Shown here in pieces: positions 8,805 to 17,016 of a stretch of DNA of 64,000 nt (positions within the stretch are counted from its first letter, which is position 1; each line of letters opens with the position of its first letter). Made by a program: the position numbers and the translations under genes. The stretch comes from a bacterium (lineage in GTDB: Bacteria; Electryoneota; Electryoneia; Electryoneales; Electryoneaceae): contig CAXXKJ010000002.1 of assembly GCA_963675295.2 (NCBI GenBank), positions 544,001 through 608,000 on the forward strand. The letters run 5' to 3'. The notes beneath the pieces were generated by a model. It was not told where the DNA came from and did no database searches. It saw only the letters and a list, made by a program, of their open reading frames with translations.

Positions 8805-9821
8805 CTATTTCAGCAACGTAGCCGTATCCACATTCCCCCCACTCAGCACCAGGCCCACGCGTTTCCCGGCGAACAGCTCGCGGTGTTTCAGCAGGGCGGC
8901 GAAGACGGTCGCGCCAGAGGGTTCGACGACCAGTTTCAGGCGTGTCCAGATCAGCAGCATCGCATCACGGATCTCGTCCTCGCTGACCAGCAGGATGTCC
9001 TCGAGGTGGTGGTGGAGGATCGGGAAGGTCAGCGTGCCGAGCGCGGTGCGGAGGCCGTCCGCGATGGTCAGGGCGTTTTTGGACGGCTGCAAGGTGCCGG
9101 TGTCGAGCGATTGTTTCGCGTCGTCGGCGATTTCCGGTTCGACGCCATAGACGGGGATGGGGAAGTGGCCACAGCGGGATGTGCTCGTGTCAGAGACTTG
9201 CAGACGCGGATGATCCGTCACGGTTTCACCATGCTCCCGATGCACGGCAATCGCGACACCAGAGCACAGCCCGCCTCCACCGACGGGAACCAGCACGGCG
9301 TCCAGATCCGGCACATCCTCCATTAACTCCAGCCCGACGGTGCCTTGTCCGGCGATGACGCGGGCGTCATTGTACGGGTGCAGGAACGTCGCACCGGTGT
9401 CGGCGACGACGTCCGCGAGGGTCGTTTCGCGCGCTTCGAGTGTTGGTTCGCACTGGACGATGCGTGCGCCGTAGCCCTCGGTCGCCAGCCGTTTCGCTTC
9501 GGGCGCGGAGGTTGGCATGACAACGTGCGCGGTGATCCCGCGCCACGCCGCGGCCTGCGCCAACGCCGCAGCGAAATTGCCGGAGCTGTGGGTGGCGACT
9601 CCACGGGACGCGTCCTCATCGGACAGGGAGAAGACGCCGTTGGTCGCGCCGCGCGCTTTGAACGAGCCGGTTTTCTGCAACGGTTCAGCCTTGAAAAACA
9701 GGTTGGCGCCCACGATTTCGTCAATCCGGCGGCTGGTCAGAACGGGTGTCCGGTGGATGTACGGACGGACTCGCTCGGCGGCGGCGAGAATGTCGGTGTA
9801 GTCTACGGCGAGCTCGGGCAC
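8805..9821 (-). CDS. PLP-dependent threonine/serine dehydratase (serine racemase-like) with an in-frame repeat-derived insertion
   Basis: QKTGSFKARGA PLP lysine, HSSGN, VPVGGGGL, TIADG, VVEPSGA, LSGGNVD. Confidence 0.9.
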   Translation of the reverse strand: MPELAVDYTDILAAAERVRPYIHRTPVLTSRRIDEIVGANLFFKAEPLQKTGSFKARGATNGVFSLSDEDASRGVATHSSGNFAAALAQAAAWRGITAHVVMPTSAPEAKRLATEGYGARIVQCEPTLEARETTLADVVADTGATFLHPYNDARVIAGQGTVGLELMEDVPDLDAVLVPVGGGGLCSGVAIAVHREHGETVTDHPRLQVSDTSTSRCGHFPIPVYGVEPEIADDAKQSLDTGTLQPSKNALTIADGLRTALGTLTFPILHHHLEDILLVSEDEIRDAMLLIWTRLKLVVEPSGATVFAALLKHRELFAGKRVGLVLSGGNVDTATLLK

Positions 9822-9940
9822 GGCGAAATCTCCACGCGAAGTTCGGACAGGCTTATATTCCCGCGCAAGGTAAGGGCCGAATGGGCCTTTGGGATATGGG
9901 CAGAATTCTCATGGGTACGACCTCTCAGGGTGAGCGTATT

Positions 9941-12505
9941 GTGACGCGCCAGCTGCGGAAGGCTTGGCGTGCGCTTGCGTTGTGTCTGCTCGCCTTAATA
10001 GTCATTACGATCCCCTCAATGGCCCAGCCTGGTGCGGGTTGGGTGGGGCCATACCATGAGTTGAACAGAGTCCAGCAGCAACATCAGAACGGCTTGGTCG
10101 AGAATTTACCTGCTACGATCTCGTGGGATCAGTGGGCGGCCGGCGACGTCCGGCTGGATTCGCTCGGGCTCCGGCGGGCGCATGTGCCTCACGGATTTTT
10201 GCCCGAATTGGAGGCGAAACGTCCGACGGTTGCGTTGGCGTTGTCCGGCGGCGGTGCGCGTGGGTTGGCTCATATCGGCGTGATCGAGGGGTTTGAGTGT
10301 GCCGGAATGCCGATTGATCTCGTGGTCGGCACCTCGATGGGCGGGGTTATCGGCGGCCTGTACAGCGCGGGCTACACCAGCGACGAGCTGCGCGGTCTGA
10401 CCCGCCGTCTCGATTGGGGCGGATTGTTTTCCGATGCGCCCTCCCGCCGCAACCTGTTCCTCGCGCAGAAGGAAACGGCAAATCAGGACCTGGTCACGTT
10501 ACGCTTCCGGCAGGACGGCGACCCGTACATCCCGGACGCGCTGGTCTCCGGCGAAACGTTATTTATCGAGACGTTCCGGCTGATGCACGAAGGTCCGTAC
10601 GCGCCGATCGGGAACGGTTTCGACGGCGGCCGGGTCAAGGTCGGGCTGGTGACGACGGACATCGTCAACGGGGAGCGTGTCTACCTCGATTCGGGCGACC
10701 TCGGGCTGGCGTTACGCGCGGTGATGGCGGTGCCGATCATTTTCCGGCCGATGCGGGATGACGGGCGGTTGCTGGTGGACGGCGGCGCGTCTGAGAATAT
10801 CCCGGTGCGTTCTGCGAAGGAACATGGCGCGGACATTGTGATCGCTGTCGATTGCGCCACTCCCACCACCGACCCCGATCCTGACCTGCCGTGGGAAGTG
10901 CTGAACCAGGTGACGACGCTGATGACGGTGCCGAATGATTCGGTGTCGCGGGCGTTGGCGGACCTCGTGCTGACGCCGGATCTGAGCGGATTCGGGAGCA
11001 CGGATTTCGATCAGAGCGATTCGTTGATCGACGCCGGTCTCGCGGTCTTTGAACAGTACCGGGAGGCATTGGACAGGATCATGCCGCCGCCGGTTGACGC
11101 GCCAGAGCTGATGGTGGACGTGTCCAAGGTCGTGCTGACACGGGACGGGCCGGGACGGCTGAAGGAACCGTTGCCAACCTTTGAGCTGGCGCCGGGTACG
11201 TATTCGACGGCGGAGATCAACCGTCACCTGACCGGCTACCTGAAACAGCTGCGAGCGTTGGATTACGGCATGGCGCGGGCGCAGGCGTCGGTGGTCGGCG
11301 ATGAATTGCGCGTTCATCTGCATCTCGGGGTGCTCAGCGGACTGCACGCGGAAGGGGTGGACTATACCCGTGGCCGGTCGCAGCTGCGTGATGTGGGCCT
11401 CAAACCCGGCCAGGTGCTGAAGACGCAGGACATCGTCGATGCGTTGTGGGACATGCACGCCACGCAGCGGTACACGACGGTGTATTGCCGGCTGGACCGT
11501 CTCGCGGACGGCACCCTCGACCTGACCTTCCTGTTCGAGCTGGCTCCGCCGGTGCGTCTCGGTGTCGGCCTCGGGTATGATACCGACTGGGGCGCACGCT
11601 ACAAGGGCACGCTGGTGATCGATCAGCCGTTGCCGCTGGTCAGTGACGAACTCCGTTTTCACGCCATGTTTGGCGAATCGCGCCAGGATTACCGGATCAC
11701 GCTTCGCGCCGACCGGATCGCGGGCAGCTACGCCGGCTGGCAGGGGCAGGTTGGGTATAACCGGATTGATGTGCCGCAGTATGACAACCAGGGCGAGCGT
11801 ACGAATTATGCCTTCCAGGGTTGCAGCTGCGCGGGCCTGATGGCGCTGTTCAACCTGTACACGTGGGGCCGGGTGTCCGGTGGGTTGCGCGGGGAACGCA
11901 TCGAGGACGCCCTCGACGGCACCGAACGGTTGAATTATTACACGGCATTTGAGCTGAGCGGCGATCTGGACACGGAGGACCGGCGTCCCTTCCCGAATTC
12001 CGGCGCGCGGATTGATGTGTCGTACAACTCGTACGTGCAGGAGCTCGGCAGCGCGCGGGCATTCAGCGTGTTCGACCTCAGTATGCGGTACACGATTCCG
12101 GTGCTGCACCGGCTGTACCTGCAGGTGGGGGCACGCACCGGTGTTGCGGAATCGACGACGCCGTCGACGCATCGTTTCGCCATCGGCGGCCTGACCAATT
12201 TCCCGGCGCTGGCGCCCTACCGTTATCTGGCGCTACGGCAGGTGGGGACGAACGCGACGCTGCGGTACGACCTGATCAGCCGGTTGGTCGCGGATGCCTA
12301 CGTACTGCTGCGCTATGATGGCGTCGCGTACGGCAACCAGCGTGACTGGCGGCCGACGCGAGAAGATATTCTGAACTCGTTCTCCCTTGGTTTCGCGTTG
12401 GATACGCAACTGGGACCGCTCGAAATCTGGTCCGCGTGGACCCCACCCGCCGAGTCGCACCACTACAACAACCGTGTCCTAGTCAACTTCGGGTATCGGT
12501 TCTAG
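9941..12505 (+). CDS. Patatin-like phospholipase fused to POTRA and Omp85/BamA-type barrel (type Vd, PlpD-like)
   Basis: LSGGGARGLAHIG, GTSMG nucleophile, VDGG; C-terminus VNFGYRF; start uncertain (9881-9941). Confidence 0.85.
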   Translation: MTRQLRKAWRALALCLLALIVITIPSMAQPGAGWVGPYHELNRVQQQHQNGLVENLPATISWDQWAAGDVRLDSLGLRRAHVPHGFLPELEAKRPTVALALSGGGARGLAHIGVIEGFECAGMPIDLVVGTSMGGVIGGLYSAGYTSDELRGLTRRLDWGGLFSDAPSRRNLFLAQKETANQDLVTLRFRQDGDPYIPDALVSGETLFIETFRLMHEGPYAPIGNGFDGGRVKVGLVTTDIVNGERVYLDSGDLGLALRAVMAVPIIFRPMRDDGRLLVDGGASENIPVRSAKEHGADIVIAVDCATPTTDPDPDLPWEVLNQVTTLMTVPNDSVSRALADLVLTPDLSGFGSTDFDQSDSLIDAGLAVFEQYREALDRIMPPPVDAPELMVDVSKVVLTRDGPGRLKEPLPTFELAPGTYSTAEINRHLTGYLKQLRALDYGMARAQASVVGDELRVHLHLGVLSGLHAEGVDYTRGRSQLRDVGLKPGQVLKTQDIVDALWDMHATQRYTTVYCRLDRLADGTLDLTFLFELAPPVRLGVGLGYDTDWGARYKGTLVIDQPLPLVSDELRFHAMFGESRQDYRITLRADRIAGSYAGWQGQVGYNRIDVPQYDNQGERTNYAFQGCSCAGLMALFNLYTWGRVSGGLRGERIEDALDGTERLNYYTAFELSGDLDTEDRRPFPNSGARIDVSYNSYVQELGSARAFSVFDLSMRYTIPVLHRLYLQVGARTGVAESTTPSTHRFAIGGLTNFPALAPYRYLALRQVGTNATLRYDLISRLVADAYVLLRYDGVAYGNQRDWRPTREDILNSFSLGFALDTQLGPLEIWSAWTPPAESHHYNNRVLVNFGYRF

Positions 12506-12903
12506 CGTCTGTTTCAGTCCTCGATTCACACGTTCAAGAAATATCATACTCGAAAACTAGCCTCGTCGATTCGGGTGTACCTCGACTCAAACAAGAAGTA
12601 TCTCCCTCTCAAAGTCGAAGTTTAGCCAACTGTTTTCTAATATACCAGATAGCAGAAATACAACTATTTTCCCTTCTATGAGCCGGGTTTCAGAGATAAT
12701 CCGGAATCTCTAAGAGCAAAAGAGACCCATGCTACGAAAGTGTTCAGAGGACACAAACTTCTTGCTTAAGTCGGTGCCGGGTTGTGAGTGAAGTAATTGC
12801 CTACCAAACAGGAAATATTTGCATACTATTGAATAACAAATATTTAATTTGCAAAATCGTCGACAAATGTTGAATAGCGAAAGCCCATCTCTTTTTCCGA
12901 GAG

Positions 12904-12932
12904 TTGACAAGCTAGAAGGAAGCTGCTATCTT
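12904..12932 (+). promoter_or_regulatory. Sigma-70-type promoter
   Basis: TTGACA-17 bp-TATCTT(TG) within an AT-rich islet. Confidence 0.75.
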
Positions 12933-12933
12933 T

Positions 12934-13290
12934 GACTTCTAAGGATACTGAGTGACACAAATGGTTTGGGGCCTATCAGGTCACAAAGCGAAAGGTATCG
13001 TTCGAAGGATCGAGTACCAGAGTGTGATTTTCTCAGTCGAAGTCCGCTCGACCTTGATGTCGCCCAAGGAGGAATATGATTACGGAGTCAAAACAAGGAA
13101 CTCTCACCAAAGCCAAGTGCTTGAGTGAGAAAACCCCCGAGTGGCTGCTCGAGGGTCAAAGAACGAGTCAGACGAGAAGGTCTGAGGCCCGTTACAACAA
13201 ACGCAAGCTAGTCATGCAGCGTCAAAGAATCAAGCCTCAGGTTTCAGATCCTTTCGTCAAGTATGATCGCAACAGACATGTACGAAAGGC
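12934..13290 (+). ncRNA. Candidate structured RNA or long leader (unassigned)
   Basis: Six consecutive complementary helices found by eye downstream of the promoter; no family recognised. Confidence 0.4.
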
Positions 13291-13296
13291 TTTCCA

Positions 13297-13590
13297 GTGG
13301 TTACAACGACAACGATAGTACAAGAACTGCTGAACCACGTCAGAAAATGTGGTGGAAGCTACAGTAGTTGGTATGCTGGCGTAGCGACAAACGCCGAACA
13401 CCGGCTCTTTGTTGACCATAACGTTTCGAAGTATAGTGGGCAGTGGGCTTATCGGAATGCAGGTTCCGAGATTCATGCGCGACAGATTGAAAAACAGCTG
13501 CTAAATCTTGGGTTCTCCGGTGGACCTGGAGGCGGAGTGTCCCCAAAGATGGTGTACGTGTATAGAAAGACAACTTCGACCAGGCCTTGA
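13297..13590 (+). CDS. Small hypothetical protein with GIY-YIG-like motifs
   Basis: WYAGVATNAEHRLFVDH, ARQIEKQLL, Gly-rich GGPGGG, C-terminal VYVY; GAAAGG RBS. Confidence 0.65.
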   Translation: MVTTTTIVQELLNHVRKCGGSYSSWYAGVATNAEHRLFVDHNVSKYSGQWAYRNAGSEIHARQIEKQLLNLGFSGGPGGGVSPKMVYVYRKTTSTRP

Positions 13591-13688
13591 TAAACCGTAT
13601 TCTTCAGTAACAAAGGAAAACATCATGGACCTCCCCTCTTTTCACGGACAGTGAAAGAAGTCCGATATTGGAAGGATAGGAGGTCACG

Positions 13689-14009
13689 ATGAAGCGTCGT
13701 CACTTCAGCCGTTCGTTCAAGGTGGAGGTCTTGCAGCGGATTGAGGACAGCGGCCTCCGCTGCAATCGAGTTGCCTTGGACATGGGTTTGGATCCCAGCG
13801 TTGTTCGCCGCTGGAAGCGTCAGTTGGATCGCGAGGGATCGGATTCGTTTCCGGGCAGTGGTCATGTTCGCAGTTCGGCAGCGAAGCAGCGCCAGCTAGA
13901 GCGCGAGAATGCTCGTCTTCGTCAGGAGAACGAGATCTTAAAAAAAGCCATGGCCTTTTTCGGGAAGGAATCGAGCATCGGTACCGATTCATCCGGGAAA
14001 AGGCGCTGA
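13689..14009 (+). CDS. IS3 transposase OrfA (HTH)
   Basis: RRHFSRSFKVEV, LERENARLRQENEILKKAMAFF; A7G slippery site at 13940-13947. Confidence 0.9.
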   Translation: MKRRHFSRSFKVEVLQRIEDSGLRCNRVALDMGLDPSVVRRWKRQLDREGSDSFPGSGHVRSSAAKQRQLERENARLRQENEILKKAMAFFGKESSIGTDSSGKRR

Positions 14010-14842
14010 TTTATCCCGTGGCTGTGATGTGCCGTCTTTTGCGTGTTTCACGCAGTGGATATTACGCTTGGCGTGACCGTGCGCCCAGCGCGCGAGCCTG
14101 TCAGAATGCGGTTCTGGTGGATGTGATACGTACGATCCATCCGCAAGTCCGTTTTACGTATGGCAGCCCGCGTATGCATCGCGAGCTTGTGGCGCGTGGG
14201 TTTGCTTGTGGACGTCACCGTGTCGCGCGGCTGATGCGGGAGCACCGCATACGTGCCAAACAACGTCGCGGGTATCGTCCGCAAACCACCCGTTCCTCCG
14301 GACAGACTGCTGTGGCGCCGAATCTTCTTTCCCGTCGCTTTGACGCCGGTGTCCCCGACTGGGCCTGGGTGGCAGATATCACCTACATTGCCACGGATGA
14401 AGGGTGGTTGTATCTAGCGGCGGTGCTGGATCTGGGTACGCGGATGATCGTCGGCTGGGCAACATCCAGGCGACTGACCCGCCAGTTGACCTTGCGCAGT
14501 CTGATGATGGCACAGCAACGCCGCAGACCCGCTGCTGGCCTGATCCATCACTCCGATCAGGGCTCGCAATACGCCAGCGACCAATACCAGGCGGCCCTTG
14601 CCTCTTGCCAGATGCTGCCGTCCATGAGCCGCAAAGGCAACTGCTGGGACAACGCTATGATCGAAAGCTTCTTCTGCACGCTGAAAATCGAAGAAGTCAA
14701 CGACGCACGCTATGGCACACGTGAAGATGCCAAACGAAGCCTGTACCAGTATATTGAACGGTTCTACAACACCAAAAGAAGACACTCAAGCCTGAACTAC
14801 AAAACACCCGCTGAAGCCATGAAGGACTTCAAACGGGTGTAG
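13940..14842 (+). CDS. IS3 transposase OrfB (DDE integrase core), joined to OrfA by -1 frameshift
   Basis: -1 frame open from the AAAAAAAG site; WVADITYI, HHSDQGSQY, DNAMIESFF, FYNTKRRHSSL. Confidence 0.9.
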   Translation, partial: KKSHGLFREGIEHRYRFIREKALIYPVAVMCRLLRVSRSGYYAWRDRAPSARACQNAVLVDVIRTIHPQVRFTYGSPRMHRELVARGFACGRHRVARLMREHRIRAKQRRGYRPQTTRSSGQTAVAPNLLSRRFDAGVPDWAWVADITYIATDEGWLYLAAVLDLGTRMIVGWATSRRLTRQLTLRSLMMAQQRRRPAAGLIHHSDQGSQYASDQYQAALASCQMLPSMSRKGNCWDNAMIESFFCTLKIEEVNDARYGTREDAKRSLYQYIERFYNTKRRHSSLNYKTPAEAMKDFKRV

Positions 14843-15122
14843 TAAAGTGTCCGTGAATTCAGGGCAAGTCCATCACTGGTAGCCCGGTCCACCGTTGGTC
14901 CGGGCTTCTCCTCTCTGGCATTCGACTACCCTTCCAGTTGAAATCGCAAAAGCAAACGTGCATCCGAGTGTACCAGCCCGTATGTTGTTTCACCTGATTC
15001 CAGACCATAAAACCACCCCGTGAAGAATGAGGAAGACGATGCGTCCGAACCGTGCGCAACTCCGGCCGTTGCCGATGATTCAGCGTGAAAGACCCGTTCT
15101 GCCGCGGCGGGTGCCCGGCTCC

Positions 15123-16619
15123 ATGCGGGCGATCCTGCTGCTGCTCCTGTTCGCCGCCGGGTTGACCGGTTGCATGACGTCGCAGGAGGTGACGCGGGAG
15201 GAGATTCCGCTGCCGTTGCCGGTGGATGTGGATGCGGTCGCGATGATGGCGGACACGACGTTGATCCAGCCGCTCGAGGCCGAGGGCGCGACGGTTGCGG
15301 CGATTGTCGGCGACGCGCGTACCGGGGCGATGCTGTACGCGCACGACGAAGCCCGGTACATGCTGCCGGCGAGTGTGCAGAAGCTGTTTGTCGCGGTGGA
15401 CGCGATGGTCCGGCTGCCCACGGACTACCGCTTCGAGACAATGATCCACAGCAACGGGCCGGTGGTGAACGACACGTTGTTCGGCGACCTGATTATCAGC
15501 GGGGGCTGGGACCCGAGCCTGTCCGGGGCGGAACCGTATTCGGAGTGGCCGTGGGCGGTGTGGGACAGCCTCGCGCAGCAGGTTCGGGCGCAGGGTGTGC
15601 GGCACATCGCGGGTAACATCATCGCCGAGGGTGCGGCGTTCCTGCCCGCCGGGTGGGAGGTTGGCGACCTCGAGTACCGCTTCGCGCCACGGATCGCGCA
15701 GCTGATGTGGAACGATGGATCGGTATCGTACGCGCAGGCGGTGAGCGGCGTGAACTCGGTCGGGCTGAAGGTGTCGGTTTCGCCGGACCCGGTGTTCTGG
15801 ACGGCGGAGCACGGCGAGTTGTGGCCGATGCACAGCGCGCGGGTCCTGGAACCGCCTCCGCCGCCGAAACCGCCGGTGGAATCGCTGGACGAGCTCGAGC
15901 AGCCGGTAACGTTGAACGGATCGTGGACCACGACGATGACGCCGTCCCCGCGCCCGCGTGTGCTCGCAGGGGATGCGTTCCGGGAATCATTGCGCCGCGC
16001 CGGTGTCAGCGGCGGGGATTCGACGCGGGCGGTGAGTCCGTTGCCGCATCAACTGCCGCGCGGCGTGCCGAACGGGTTGCGGATTGTGCATCGCAGCGCG
16101 CCGTTGGACAACATCCTCGCGCCGATGCTGAAGGTCAGCTCGAATGCGTGGGCGGAACAGATCGCGGCGGCGGCGGGTACCTACACCAGGGATATGTATC
16201 GGCCGACGTGGCCGTCGGTGCTGGATTCGCTGGGCCTGACGCACGACCCGAACCTGAAAGTGGCGGACAACTGCGGCATGGCGCGCCGGAACCGGATGAC
16301 GGTATTCACTCCGCACGAGCTGCTGGTAAAAGCGTACGCGGAATGGGGCGGGCGGTGGCTCAACTTGTTGCCGCAGGCGGATGAGGACGGCTCCACTCTC
16401 GAGGGACGGCTGGCTGGTTTGGGCGGACGTGTCGTGGCGAAAACCGGTACATTGAGTGGCTGCCGCTCGTTGGCGGGATATGTGCTGGACGAGACTGGCC
16501 GTCCGATGATGGATTTTGTCGTGTTTGTGAACCACGCGCCCGAGTCACCTACGTGGCGGATGGACGAGTTTGTCCAGAAGCTGGTGGCGGAATACGATCG
16601 CGGGCGTGGGGAGGAGTAG
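15123..16619 (+). CDS. dacB: D-alanyl-D-alanine carboxypeptidase/endopeptidase (peptidase S13, PBP4), lipoprotein
   Basis: PASVQKL (SxxK), SSN (SxN), KTGTL; lipobox LTGC. Confidence 0.88.
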   Translation: MRAILLLLLFAAGLTGCMTSQEVTREEIPLPLPVDVDAVAMMADTTLIQPLEAEGATVAAIVGDARTGAMLYAHDEARYMLPASVQKLFVAVDAMVRLPTDYRFETMIHSNGPVVNDTLFGDLIISGGWDPSLSGAEPYSEWPWAVWDSLAQQVRAQGVRHIAGNIIAEGAAFLPAGWEVGDLEYRFAPRIAQLMWNDGSVSYAQAVSGVNSVGLKVSVSPDPVFWTAEHGELWPMHSARVLEPPPPPKPPVESLDELEQPVTLNGSWTTTMTPSPRPRVLAGDAFRESLRRAGVSGGDSTRAVSPLPHQLPRGVPNGLRIVHRSAPLDNILAPMLKVSSNAWAEQIAAAAGTYTRDMYRPTWPSVLDSLGLTHDPNLKVADNCGMARRNRMTVFTPHELLVKAYAEWGGRWLNLLPQADEDGSTLEGRLAGLGGRVVAKTGTLSGCRSLAGYVLDETGRPMMDFVVFVNHAPESPTWRMDEFVQKLVAEYDRGRGEE

Positions 16620-16623
16620 CGTC

Positions 16624-17016
16624 ATGTTTTTCGGTGACATGTTCAAGCGGCAGAAGCCGCGCGGGCTGACGTGGACCCCGCGATATTTCGACGAGCGCGA
16701 GTTCGATCCGCTCGACGACGAACAATACGCCGAGATGCGGCGTCAAACCCGCATCCAGTTCCAGCAGTTGCGTACCAGTCACAGCAAACGGCGTGGGATG
16801 AACCCGTTCATCCTGCTCGCGTTTGTGTTCATGATCGGGGCGATTATCTGGGCGGCGTTGCGTCCCGAATCGCTGGAGAGTGTCCGTGACATTCAGCTGT
16901 CGCCGCAAGCGGTGGTTGAGGATGACCGTCCGGCGGCGGACGTGAAACCCCTGTACGTGGAAAGGGATACGGTGCATACGGAAGCAGCGCAGCCACAGAC
17001 CGGGGAGAGTCGATGA
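16624..17016 (+). CDS. Hypothetical single-pass membrane protein
   Basis: GAGGAG RBS, KPRGLTWTPRYF, one TM helix; ATGA overlap with mutL. Confidence 0.7.
   Translation: MFFGDMFKRQKPRGLTWTPRYFDEREFDPLDDEQYAEMRRQTRIQFQQLRTSHSKRRGMNPFILLAFVFMIGAIIWAALRPESLESVRDIQLSPQAVVEDDRPAADVKPLYVERDTVHTEAAQPQTGESR

Larger units (their letters stand above)
13626..14872 (+). mobile_element. IS3-family insertion sequence
   Basis: TG...CA ends; 25-bp IRs TGGACCTCCCCTCTTTTCACGGACA vs TGGACTTGCCCTGAATTCACGGACA (20/25); 3-bp TCA direct repeat. Confidence 0.93.

Noticed and set aside
13076-13318. 80-aa ORF with AAGGAGG SD as a definite protein-coding gene
   Set aside because: No recognisable domain and it overlies a dense hairpin chain; kept only as a possible leader ORF within the RNA finding.
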